In this document: positions 15,524 through 26,138 of the stretch, in pieces
Layout of the letters: each line of letters opens with the position of its first letter
Position numbering within the stretch: position 1 is the stretch's first letter
Origin: an uncultured delta proteobacterium
GTDB taxonomy: Bacteria; Myxococcota; Myxococcia; Myxococcales; Anaeromyxobacteraceae
DNA: 64,000 bases
Reading direction: 5' to 3'
NCBI GenBank assembly: GCA_963814585.1
Contig: CAWFDF010000008.1
Span: forward strand, 128,001-192,000
The notes under the pieces: generated by a model
What the model was told of the DNA's origin: nothing
The model's input: only the letters and a program-made list of their open reading frames with translations
Databases searched by the model: none
Made by a program: the position numbers and the translations under genes

Positions 15524-17571
15524 CAGTAGGTCCACCGCATCAGCTGGTTCACCAGCGCGCCCACGCCCACCGAGAAGGGCAGGATGAAGCCCATCATGGC
15601 CAGCCCGGTCTTCAGGCCACGCTCCTTGAGGATCATGAAGAAGTTGGCGATGCACGGGATGAAGAGCGTGATGGTGATCAGGGCCACCACGATCTCGATC
15701 TCCATGGCCCGGGTCATGGTCCCGGCCGCGATGTGCGGCTGGTAATGGGAGAAGAGCCCGGCCGCGGCGTAGTCGCGCCGCAGGAAGCCGAGGATGAAGG
15801 CGCCGGCCGCCTCCTTGGGCAGCCCGAGCACCCCCGACATGACCGGCTCGGCGGCGCGCTCCAGCGCCGCCAGCAGGTGGAAGCGATCCATCCCCCAGAG
15901 CAGCAGCGTGCCGAGCAGGAAGAGCGGCATGGCCTCGCGCAGGTACCACTCGATCCGCGCCAGCGTCTTGATGGCCACGTTGCCGGCCTGGGGCAGGCGC
16001 AGCGGAGGCAGCTCGAGCATGAAGTCCGACCCCCGACCCGGGATGACCCTGGCGGCCAGCCAGCCGATGAGGAAGATCACGCCCAGCAGGGTCCCGCCGA
16101 ACCAGAGCAGCGCGGCCAGGGGCAGCCCGGCGGTCATGGCCAGGATGACCGCCAGCTGGGCGCTGCAGGGGACGGCCAGCGCCAGCAGCAAGGTGACGAT
16201 GACCCGCTCCTTGCGCGTCTCCATGATCCGCGCCGTCATGGTGGCCATGGTGTCGCAGCCGAGCCCCAGGACCATGGGGAGCACCGCCTTGCCGTTCAGC
16301 CCCATGCGCTTGAAGACCTGGTTCACCATCACCGCCAGCCGCGGCAGGTAGCCCGAGTCCTCGAGGATGGAGAAGGCCACGAAGAAGGTGGCGACGATGG
16401 GCAGCACGATGGCCACCGCGTAGGAGAGCCCCATCGAGACCAGCCCGTAGCGGCCGATGATGAAGCCGCCGTGCTCGGCGGCGGGCACGCCGGCCGGGCC
16501 GATGAGGAACTCGCGCAGCGCGCCGCCGGGGAGGATGGCCTGGAGCGCCGCCTCGGTCCAGGGCACCAGGTGCTGGCGGAAGACGGTGTCCTCCAGGAAC
16601 TCGACGGCGGTCCCGGCCCCGAAGACGCCGACGAAGGCCCAGGCGAGGAAGAGCACCAGCACCAGGAGCGGGATCCCGTAGACCGGGTGGGTGGACCAGC
16701 CCCCCAGTTGCCGGGCGAAGTCGCTGCCCGCGCTCCGCGTCCCGCGGGTGACCACGGCGTCGTGGAGGCGGTCGACGGCCGCCAGCCGCTGCCTGGCGAC
16801 CACGAAGCGGAGCGACTCCGGGTAGCGGGAGGCCAGCTCGCGCTGCACCTCGTCCACCCGGGCCAGCGCCCCCGGGGTGAGCCGGGCCGCGAGCAGGCCG
16901 CGGAGCGAGTCGTCCCCCACCAGCGCCATCAGGCCGAGGGCGCGGGCGCCCAGGCCTCCCCTCGGCATCAGCGGCGCCACCTCCCCCAGGGCCTCCTCGA
17001 TGGCCTCGTCGTAGCGCGGGACGAAGCGCGAGGTCCGCGCCTCGGCGAGGCGCGCCTGCAGCGTGGCCAGCCCCTGCCGCTGCACCGCCACCGTCGGCAC
17101 CACGTCGACGCCCAGCGCCTCGGCCAGCCGGGCCTCGTCGACCTGGAAGCCCCGGCTGGCGGCCTCGTCGGCCATGTTGAGAGCCAGCAGGAAGGGCACC
17201 TGGGCCTCGGCCAGCTGCGACGCGAGCAGCAGGCCACGCCGCAGGTTCTTGGCGTCGCAGACCTGCAGGGCGACGTAGCCGGTCTCGGCCTGGAGGATGT
17301 CCCGGGTGACCTGCTCGTCCTCCGACATGGGGAGCAGGTTGTTGGTCCCGGGCGTGTCCATGACGTGCCAGGGGGCCCCGTCGATGGTGGCCGTGCCGCG
17401 CGTCACCTCCACGGTGGTGCCGGGGTAGTTGGAGACCGTGACGTACCGGCCCGTCAGCGCGCCGAAGAGCACGCTCTTGCCGACGTTGGGGTTGCCGACC
17501 AGGATCACCGACCTCGCCTGCGGCAGCAGGTCCTTGGCCTCGAGCGCCTGGGCGCTGGACGGCGGCGTCAT
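15523..17571 (-). CDS. feoB: Ferrous iron transport protein B
   Basis: GNPNVGKS, NYPGTTVE, DTPG, NMAD GTPase motifs; LEDSGYLPR, GLGC and PCSAQ membrane motifs. Confidence 0.97.
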   Translation of the reverse strand: MTPPSSAQALEAKDLLPQARSVILVGNPNVGKSVLFGALTGRYVTVSNYPGTTVEVTRGTATIDGAPWHVMDTPGTNNLLPMSEDEQVTRDILQAETGYVALQVCDAKNLRRGLLLASQLAEAQVPFLLALNMADEAASRGFQVDEARLAEALGVDVVPTVAVQRQGLATLQARLAEARTSRFVPRYDEAIEEALGEVAPLMPRGGLGARALGLMALVGDDSLRGLLAARLTPGALARVDEVQRELASRYPESLRFVVARQRLAAVDRLHDAVVTRGTRSAGSDFARQLGGWSTHPVYGIPLLVLVLFLAWAFVGVFGAGTAVEFLEDTVFRQHLVPWTEAALQAILPGGALREFLIGPAGVPAAEHGGFIIGRYGLVSMGLSYAVAIVLPIVATFFVAFSILEDSGYLPRLAVMVNQVFKRMGLNGKAVLPMVLGLGCDTMATMTARIMETRKERVIVTLLLALAVPCSAQLAVILAMTAGLPLAALLWFGGTLLGVIFLIGWLAARVIPGRGSDFMLELPPLRLPQAGNVAIKTLARIEWYLREAMPLFLLGTLLLWGMDRFHLLAALERAAEPVMSGVLGLPKEAAGAFILGFLRRDYAAAGLFSHYQPHIAAGTMTRAMEIEIVVALITITLFIPCIANFFMILKERGLKTGLAMMGFILPFSVGVGALVNQLMRWTY

Positions 17572-18104
17572 GGCCGCGCCTCCCGGCCCGGGGCGCGCCG
17601 GCAGGCGGCGCAGCGCCCGTAGAGCTCCAGCTTGTGGGTCTCGACCACGAAGCCGTGGCTGTGGGCGACGCGCGACTGGAGCACCTCGATGCGCTCCTCG
17701 GCGAATTCCTCGATGGCGCCGCAGCCGGTGCAGATGAGGTGATCGTGGTGCGGGCGGCCGGCGGCCGGCTCGTAGCGGGTCTGGGTGCCGTCGAACTGGC
17801 GCGGGAAGGCCAGCCCACAGCCGGCCAGCAGCTTCATGGTCCGGTACACGGTGGCCACGCTGACGCGCGGATCGCTGCGTCGCGCGGCGGCCACCAGCTG
17901 CTCCACCGAGACGTGGCCGCCCATGTCGAAGAAGGTGTCGGCCACCAGGTCGCGCTGGCGCGACCGCTTGAGCCCGAGCCGGGCGATCTCGGCCTGCAGC
18001 GCGGCCCGACCAGCGTGGGGGCCGGGCCTGGCCCGGCCCGCGAGCCGCCGCGGCCCGCCCCGCAGGGTCTGGTTGATCTGGCTGTTGGGGCTGGTCGAGG
18101 CCAT
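17568..18104 (-). CDS. fur: Fur-family transcriptional regulator
   Basis: SVATVYRTMKLL, HHDHLICTGCG, LYGRCAAC. Start uncertain. Confidence 0.9.
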   Translation of the reverse strand: MASTSPNSQINQTLRGGPRRLAGRARPGPHAGRAALQAEIARLGLKRSRQRDLVADTFFDMGGHVSVEQLVAAARRSDPRVSVATVYRTMKLLAGCGLAFPRQFDGTQTRYEPAAGRPHHDHLICTGCGAIEEFAEERIEVLQSRVAHSHGFVVETHKLELYGRCAACRRAPGREARP

Positions 18105-18129
18105 CTTGATAACGGTTCTCATTATCAAG
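18105..18129. promoter_or_regulatory. Fur box
   Basis: Inverted repeat CTTGATAA-N9-TTATCAAG. Minus strand GATAATGAGAACCGTTATC matches the 19-bp Fur consensus GATAATGATAATCATTATC at 16 of 19 positions. Confidence 0.9.
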
Positions 18130-18185
18130 AACCCCGCCGGCCCGCAAGCCCTTCCGGCCCGGTCCGGGAGGGACGGCCGCTCGGC

Positions 18186-18788
18186 CTAGGGAACCGCCTT
18201 CACGCCGGCGGCGCTCCAGTAGGCGCGCCAGCGATCGGCGGCGCCGCCGGACTCGCCGACGTCGCGGCCGGCCAGCACTACCAGGGTGGCGTGGGCCTCA
18301 CGCCGTACCAGCGCCGACTCGTCGTCGAGCAGGGCGATCAGCCGCGGGACATGCGCCAGCGCCTCGACGCGAGGACGGAAGCGGACCAGCTCGCAGGCCA
18401 CGGCCCGGCCCAGCGGGTCGGCGCTGGCGAGTGGGACGGCCAGGTCCAGGCCGGGCGTGGGTGGCCTGGTGGCGGGGCGGTCGAGGGCGATGCCGGCGAT
18501 GGCCCCGGTGAGGAGCACCAGCGCCCCCACGCGCACCAGCGCCTTGCCGGCCGAGTAGTGGCCGGCCCGGACCAGCGTGAACCGGTAGGTGGCGTAGCCG
18601 CCGATGAAGAGCACCAGCAGCAGGACCGGCACCAGGCGCAGCCAGGTGGACCAGCCGCTCGCCTCGGCCCGGGGCAGCCCGATGAGCGCGGCCCCGCTGG
18701 CCAGCAGAAGGATCGCGAAGAGGCTCCAGCGCAGGACCGGGACGACGACGGGGACGGCCTCGTCGCGCCTGTTTGGCTCGTTCGACAT
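18186..18788 (-). CDS. Membrane protein with C-terminal HEAT-like repeat
   Basis: Three TM helices, then HVPRLIALLDDESALVRREAHATL. Start reassigned to ATG 18788. Confidence 0.65.
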   Translation of the reverse strand: MSNEPNRRDEAVPVVVPVLRWSLFAILLLASGAALIGLPRAEASGWSTWLRLVPVLLLVLFIGGYATYRFTLVRAGHYSAGKALVRVGALVLLTGAIAGIALDRPATRPPTPGLDLAVPLASADPLGRAVACELVRFRPRVEALAHVPRLIALLDDESALVRREAHATLVVLAGRDVGESGGAADRWRAYWSAAGVKAVP

Positions 18789-18891
18789 GGCGGGAGTGAA
18801 CCACGCGGCGCAGGGACGAGCAACCGAGGCGCCGGACACCGCGGCGCCGGCGCCTTGACTGGACGCGGCCGGCGTCGCAGGGTGCGCCCCC

Positions 18892-20403
18892 ATGGCGGGA
18901 CTGGAGCTGGAGACCATCGAACGGGCGGTGCGCTGGTGCGCCGAGGCCGGGCGGCAGACCACCCCGGTCGAGGTGCGCGCGGCGCTGGCGCCGCTGGGCT
19001 GGGACCAGCTCCTGGCGGTCCGCGCGCTGCTGGCCAATCCGCCCCCGGGGCGACCGCTCGGCCCCCACGCGCTCGCCAATCTGGGGCGCGGCGTGCCCGC
19101 CGACGTGGCCGCCGAGCGGGAGCGGGAGCAGCGCTACCCACGCGCCGGCGCGGTCCCTTCCGGCCCTCCCGCGGGGTCCACGCCCTCGGCGCCCGGTCCC
19201 ACCGCCCGGGCCAGGGCGAGCCGGCGCTCCCGCCGGGCCCAGGTGGTGGTCCGCAAGGCGGTGGCCGCGGCGCCGGCCCCGCCGCTCCCGGCCACCCGCC
19301 TCCCGCTCCTCGAGGAGCTGCTCCTCCCCGCCGGCCGGGGCGAGCTCGAGCGCCTGCTGCGCAAGCACGGCGGTCGCCGCCCCCACCTGGTCGCCGCGCT
19401 CGGCGCGACACACCGGCGTGCCGGCGGCGCCGCGATCGGAGACGCCGATCTCGATGCCGCGCTGGAGCATCACGGGCTCGACCGCGCCTTCGCGCGGCGG
19501 GAGCGGGACGAGCTCCGGCACGCCGTCCGGGCCGCCGGCGCGGTGCTGTCCCGGGCCGCGTCGGCGCTCGGCCACGACCTGGCCGGCCTCGGCGCGGCCA
19601 TCGCCAGGCTGGGGCTCGACACCGAGGTGATGCGCCTCCGCGAGGCCCGGCGCCGCGACCTGCGCGCGCGGGCCACGCTCGCGGAGAGAGCGCTGCTGCT
19701 GGTCGGAAGCACCGACCTGCTGGCCGACCTCGAGCTCCTCGCCGAGTTCGAGCTCGACCTGAGAAAGCGGCTGCCCGGACACCTGCGGGCGCTCTCCTCC
19801 ACCGCCGAGCCGCTCGAGCTCGGGCTGGCCCGGACCCTGGCCATCCCGGGGGAAGCGGTGCGGACGCTGCTGGAGCGACTCGGCGTGGACCTCCACGCCT
19901 CGGCGCCCGCACCTCGAACGCCGGCCGGCCCCGCGGCAGGAGCCTTCGGTCGGCCGGCGCGGGTTCGCGAAGCGGCCAGTGGACCAGGGCCGACGAGCCG
20001 GCGCCCCCCAGCCGGGCGTCCAGGCCGCGACCGTCCCCTCGATCCCCTGCCGCCCGTGGGTCATACATCCGGTTCGCGTCCGTCCGGTTCGCGTCCGTCC
20101 GGTTCGCGTCCGTCCGGTCCACGTCCGTCCGGTTCGCGTCCGTCCGGTTCGCGTCCGTCCGGTTCGCGTCCGTCCGGTTCGCGTCCGTCCGGTTCGCGTC
20201 CGTCCGGTTCGCGTCCGTCCGGTTCGCGTCCGTCCGGTTCGCGTCCGTCCGGTTCGCGTCCGTCCGGTTCGCGTCCGTCCGGTTCGCGTCCGTCCGGTTC
20301 ACGTCCGTCCGACAGCAGGAACGCGGGAGACAGGTGGTCCGGAGCGCGCACCGCAGGACCGCGCCGCCCCAACCCAAGCGGCGGACGCCGCCCACCCCGC
20401 TGA
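18892..20403 (+). CDS. Hypothetical helical protein with Fis-like HTH segment and (SGSRP)16 tail
   Basis: 503-aa ORF; AVRAAGAVLSRAASALG resembles a Fis-type HTH; low-complexity C-terminus. Confidence 0.6.
   Translation: MAGLELETIERAVRWCAEAGRQTTPVEVRAALAPLGWDQLLAVRALLANPPPGRPLGPHALANLGRGVPADVAAEREREQRYPRAGAVPSGPPAGSTPSAPGPTARARASRRSRRAQVVVRKAVAAAPAPPLPATRLPLLEELLLPAGRGELERLLRKHGGRRPHLVAALGATHRRAGGAAIGDADLDAALEHHGLDRAFARRERDELRHAVRAAGAVLSRAASALGHDLAGLGAAIARLGLDTEVMRLREARRRDLRARATLAERALLLVGSTDLLADLELLAEFELDLRKRLPGHLRALSSTAEPLELGLARTLAIPGEAVRTLLERLGVDLHASAPAPRTPAGPAAGAFGRPARVREAASGPGPTSRRPPAGRPGRDRPLDPLPPVGHTSGSRPSGSRPSGSRPSGPRPSGSRPSGSRPSGSRPSGSRPSGSRPSGSRPSGSRPSGSRPSGSRPSGSRPSGSRPSGSRPSDSRNAGDRWSGARTAGPRRPNPSGGRRPPR
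20068..20307. repeat. 15-bp tandem repeat, 16 copies of TCCGGTTCGCGTCCG
   Basis: Head-to-tail units without spacers; only copies 4 and 16 vary. Confidence 0.97.
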
Positions 20404-20440
20404 ACCGATCCCGGCCCTCGACGGGCCCCTCGGAGGCCTC

Positions 20441-20848
20441 ATGCCAATCTACGAGTTCAGGTGCGCCAAGTGCGGAAACCTCTCCGAGGTGGTCCAGCGC
20501 GTGGGCGCGCGCGCCCCCCCCTGCCCGGTCTGTGGCAGCAAGCGGATGGCCCGGGCGGTGTCCCGGACCGCCTTCCATCTCAAGGGCGGCGGCTGGCACG
20601 CGGACCTCTACGCCACACCGCGCCCCGGAGCCACCCAGCCGGAGGGCGCCGAGGCGGCCAAGCCGACCGAGGAGAAGCCCAAGGACGGGAAGGCGAAGGA
20701 CGGGACGCCCGCCGCTGGCGCCACGGCGGACGGGGCCGCCAAGCCGGCCACCCCCCCCGCGACGACCTCGAAGCCGGAGGCGGCGCCCAGGGAGGGCTCC
20801 GGCCCACCTCGGCGCCGCCCCGCCGTGACGCCCCGCAAGCGGCGGTGA
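20441..20848 (+). CDS. FmdB-family zinc-ribbon protein
   Basis: MPIYEFRCAKCG...CPVCG...FHLKGGGWHADLY; GGAGG ribosome-binding site. Confidence 0.88.
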   Translation: MPIYEFRCAKCGNLSEVVQRVGARAPPCPVCGSKRMARAVSRTAFHLKGGGWHADLYATPRPGATQPEGAEAAKPTEEKPKDGKAKDGTPAAGATADGAAKPATPPATTSKPEAAPREGSGPPRRRPAVTPRKRR

Positions 20849-20857
20849 CCGCCGACC

Positions 20858-21208
20858 CTACTTGGACTTGGGCGCCGGCTTGCCCTTCTCGAAGACCACG
20901 CCGTCGCCGTACTTCCCGACGATGGCCTTCTTGGTCTTCAGCCCCGTCATGTCGATCACGAAGGTCGGCACGCGCCGCGCACGCCGATCAGCGGCCCACC
21001 TGGTGATCTCGGCGCGCGGGCGCGTCCCGGTGCCCCGGGCCTTGCGTCCACGGCCTCCCTTCCCCACCGTCTTCTTCAGCTCGGCCTCCAGCCGCTGCGC
21101 GACCGTGTCCGCGATGGAGCGGGCGATGGCGGCGGAGACGCGCTCGACCACCCCTTCGATGCTGTTCTTGACGATCTCGTCGAGCGAGGCGGCGGGGCGA
21201 CTTGCCAT
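20858..21208 (-). CDS. Small basic hypothetical protein, possible nucleoid-associated protein
   Basis: 116 aa from ATG 21208 with AGGAG RBS; helical N-terminus, K/R/G-rich linker, compact C-terminal domain. Confidence 0.7.
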   Translation of the reverse strand: MASRPAASLDEIVKNSIEGVVERVSAAIARSIADTVAQRLEAELKKTVGKGGRGRKARGTGTRPRAEITRWAADRRARRVPTFVIDMTGLKTKKAIVGKYGDGVVFEKGKPAPKSK

Positions 21209-21347
21209 GGGGACTCCTGATTGGATTGAATCGTGATTGCTACGGAGCGTCAACCTTCGGTCAAATTGGATTGGGTATTATAACGACAATCTCCCCGGCG
21301 GCAATTCCGAATCTCTGCTACTGTCGGGCGCCGCCGGCGTGGTGCCC

Positions 21348-21431
21348 GGCCCTCTGGCGAAACGGTATACGCGCTCGACTCAAAATCGAGTGGGGCGACC
21401 CCCCGTCCCGGTTCGAGTCCGGGGAGGGCCA
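21348..21431 (+). tRNA. tRNA-Leu (CAA), CCA not encoded
   Basis: GGCCCTC/GAGGGCC acceptor stem, CTCGA-CTCAAAA-TCGAG anticodon arm, long variable arm, GTTCGAGTCC. Confidence 0.92.
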
Positions 21432-21518
21432 ACTACACCACCCGGAGGGCCCGTTTCCCCTTGCGGCAAGGGCGAACGGGCGTGTATTGCTCCCCCCTTT
21501 CCGCCGTCTGGAGCCGCC

Positions 21519-22271
21519 ATGTACAACCTCCTCATCAGCGCCGCCGCCGGGGCCCTGGTCGCCCTCGCCATCTCCTTCGGGACCAGCTTCGGCTGGGTGG
21601 CCGCCTTCCTTCCAGGCCTGGTGGTCACGGCGGTCAGCTACTTCGCCATCTCCTTCCGGATCCGCAAGCGCCTGGAGGCCATCAACGCCACCATGCAGAA
21701 GGAGCTGATGGCCCGCCACGTCGAGAAGGCGGTGGCGGCCCTCCAGTCCGGCTTCCCGCTGGGGCGCTGGCAGTTCCTGGCGGCCGGGCAGCTCCACGCC
21801 TCCATCGGCATGCTGCGCTACATCACCGACGACCTCGAGGCCGCCCTCCCCGAGCTGGAGGCCGGGCAGCCTCGCGGCTGGCTGGCAAAGCTGCTCAACC
21901 GCGACTGGCTCTCCCGGGGCATCCTCGCCGCCGCCCGGTATCGCAGGAAGGACCTCCCGGGCGCCTGGGCCCTGCTCGAGGAGGCGGTCAAGGTGGCGCC
22001 CAAGGAGGGCCTGGCCTGGTCCACCTACGCCTGGCTGCTCGAGAAGGAGGGCCGGCACGACGACGCCGTGACCGTGCTGGGGCGCGGCGCCCGGGCGGCA
22101 CCCAACGACGAGAAGCTCAAGGAGTCGCTGCAGGCGCTCCAGAATGGCAAGAAGCTCAAGCTCTGGAAGCTCTACGGCGAGCAGTGGTACCAGTTCCGGC
22201 TCGAGCCCCCGCGCATGGAGATGGACCCGGCCGCGGCCCGGAGCCGCCGGCAGCTCTTCCGCAAGCGCTGA
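21519..22271 (+). CDS. Membrane-anchored TPR-like protein
   Basis: Two N-terminal TM helices, then TPR-like helices (AWSTYAWLLEKEGRHDDAVTVL). Start reassigned to ATG 21519. Confidence 0.75.
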   Translation: MYNLLISAAAGALVALAISFGTSFGWVAAFLPGLVVTAVSYFAISFRIRKRLEAINATMQKELMARHVEKAVAALQSGFPLGRWQFLAAGQLHASIGMLRYITDDLEAALPELEAGQPRGWLAKLLNRDWLSRGILAAARYRRKDLPGAWALLEEAVKVAPKEGLAWSTYAWLLEKEGRHDDAVTVLGRGARAAPNDEKLKESLQALQNGKKLKLWKLYGEQWYQFRLEPPRMEMDPAAARSRRQLFRKR

Positions 22272-22284
22272 CGCGCGGGCCTGG

Positions 22285-22304
22285 GCGCTCCCGACCGGGA
22301 GCGC
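22285..22304 (-). promoter_or_regulatory. Bacterial SECIS-like hairpin
   Basis: GCGCTCCC-GGTC-GGGAGCGC; the G-initiated loop starts 16 nt after the TGA at 22313-22315. Confidence 0.7.
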
Positions 22305-22534
22305 TAGACGCCTCAGGTCCCGCCGAAGCCGACCGTGATGCGGCCTCGCTCGACGATGAGCGGCACCCGCCGCTCACCGCCCGACAGCTCCAGGAAGCGG
22401 GACATCGCGGCCGGATCCGCCTTGACGTCGAAGTACTCCACCGGATGGCCGCGGGCCGCGTAGTCCTTGCGGGCGGCGCTGGTGTAGCCGCAGCTCTCCT
22501 TGCCGTAGATCTGGACCGCTTCCCGGTTCGCCAT
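22304..22534 (-). CDS. Glutaredoxin-like selenoprotein (Uxx-star type), 76 aa
   Basis: MANREAVQIYGKESCGYT...RRVPLIVERGRITVGFGGT, then TGA GGC GTC TAG (U-G-V-stop). AGGAGG RBS; SECIS-like hairpin follows. Confidence 0.8.
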
Positions 22535-22542
22535 GGTTCCTC

Positions 22543-23052
<510 letters not shown>

Positions 23053-23162
23053 CGTCCCTCCGGTGGCTCCCCGTGAGCCCGCATGCTACCCCACCGCTCC
23101 GACGCCGGAGTCCGGTCAGGAACCGTGCCGCCGGCCCTGCTGCGTAGTAGGCTGGCGCCACG

Positions 23163-24692
23163 ATGAACACGCTGGGACCCGACACCATCATCGGGATCGA
23201 TCTGGGCACCTCCAACTCGTGCGCCGCGGTCGCCTACGGCGACGGCCAGGTGAAGCTCATCCCCTACAAGGGCGGGGAGTCGATCATCCCGTCCATCTTC
23301 GCCATCGACGACAAGGGCAACGAGCTGATCGGCCACGAGGCCAAGCGGCAGTGGCAGCTCAACCCGCGCAACACGCTCTACGCCACCAAGCGGCTCATCG
23401 GCCGGGCCCCCAAGGACGACGTGGTCGAGTCGGTGCAGCGGTCGGTCCAGTACCAGGTCCACGCCGGCGCCGAGAACGACGTGGCCGTCGACTGCCATGG
23501 CCACGCCTTCTCGGTCCACGAGGTCAGCGCCAAGATCCTGCACAAGATCCGCGACGTGGCCGCCGACCACCTCGGCTTCAAGGTGACCCGGGCGGTGGTG
23601 ACCGTCCCCGCCTACTTCACCGATCGCCAGCGGCAGGCGGTCAAGGAGGCGGGGCGGCTGGTCGACCTCGAGGTGGTCCGGATCATCAACGAGCCCACGG
23701 CGGCGGCGCTGGCCTACGGCCTCGGCAAGCAGCTCGACCAGCGCGTGCTGGTCTACGACCTGGGCGGCGGCACCTTCGACGTCTCCATCATCGAGATCCG
23801 GGACCGCGTCTTCGAGGTGAAGGCCACCGGCGGGGACATCTTCCTGGGCGGCATCGACTTCGACAACGCCATGATCGGCCACGTGCTGGCCGGCTTCCAG
23901 GCCAAGCACGGCATCGACCTCTCCACCGACCCGGTCGCCATGCAGCGCATCAAGGACCTGGCCGAGCGGACCAAGATCGATCTCTCCTCACGCACCGAGG
24001 CCCCCTTCTCCATCCCCTTCATCACCATGACCGCGCAGGGGCAGCCGCTCAACCTGGAGGTCAAGTTCGACCGCGCGCTGCTGGAGAAGCTGACCTACCC
24101 GCTGGTCGATCGCACCCTCAAGATCCTCGGCTCGGTGATGGTGGACGCCGGCGTCACCGCCGCCGACATCGACGAGGTGATGCTGGTGGGCGGCCAGACC
24201 CGCATGCCGATCGTGCAGGACCGCCTCACCAGGTTCTTCGGGAAGCCGCCGTCCAAGGGCGTCCACCCCGACGAGGCGGTGGCCATCGGCGCCGCGCTCT
24301 ACGGCTGGTCGCTGCAGGAGAACAGCGACCTCAAGCTGCAGCTGCTCGACGTCATCCCCATGGCCATCGGCCTCGAGCAGGCGGGCGGTGCCATGCACGT
24401 GATCTTCCCCCGGAACGCCCCCATTCCCAACGCCAAGGCCATCGCCGCCACCAGCTCCGTGGACGGCCAGACCGAGCTGGTGGTGCGCATGTTCCAGGGC
24501 GATCAGGTCGAGACCATCGAGAACGAGCTGCTCGGCGAGTTCACCTTCAGCGGCGTGAACCCCGGGCAGGCCGGACAGGCCCGCCTGGAGATCCTCTTCG
24601 AGGTGAGCATCGAGGGCATCCTGACCATGAGCGCCCGCGACGTCGACAGCGGGCGGCAGATGAAGACCACGGTCCGCGTCACCTCGGGCTGA
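23163..24692 (+). CDS. Hsp70-family protein lacking the helical lid
   Basis: [31 protein letters not shown]; ends at 509 aa just after the SBD-beta region. Confidence 0.9.
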   Translation: MNTLGPDTIIGIDLGTSNSCAAVAYGDGQVKLIPYKGGESIIPSIFAIDDKGNELIGHEAKRQWQLNPRNTLYATKRLIGRAPKDDVVESVQRSVQYQVHAGAENDVAVDCHGHAFSVHEVSAKILHKIRDVAADHLGFKVTRAVVTVPAYFTDRQRQAVKEAGRLVDLEVVRIINEPTAAALAYGLGKQLDQRVLVYDLGGGTFDVSIIEIRDRVFEVKATGGDIFLGGIDFDNAMIGHVLAGFQAKHGIDLSTDPVAMQRIKDLAERTKIDLSSRTEAPFSIPFITMTAQGQPLNLEVKFDRALLEKLTYPLVDRTLKILGSVMVDAGVTAADIDEVMLVGGQTRMPIVQDRLTRFFGKPPSKGVHPDEAVAIGAALYGWSLQENSDLKLQLLDVIPMAIGLEQAGGAMHVIFPRNAPIPNAKAIAATSSVDGQTELVVRMFQGDQVETIENELLGEFTFSGVNPGQAGQARLEILFEVSIEGILTMSARDVDSGRQMKTTVRVTSG

Positions 24693-24725
24693 AGGCCGGC
24701 GCCGGAGCTTCGCGGCCCCTCGCCA

Positions 24726-26012
<1,287 letters not shown>

Positions 26013-26138
26013 TCGTGCCCTCTCCCCCGCGATGGTACCAGAATCGCGGCGGCCCCCAAGAACCAGGGCCGCCTCACCTTCTTAACCCGGACCTGTCCGG
26101 TCCGCCCGTTCCCGGCCAGGCCCGGACCCGACCGGTGC

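Noticed and set aside
20068..20307. Repeat array as a possible CRISPR
   Set aside because: Units are 15 bp, head-to-tail, with no unique spacers and no cas genes. It is a coding VNTR.
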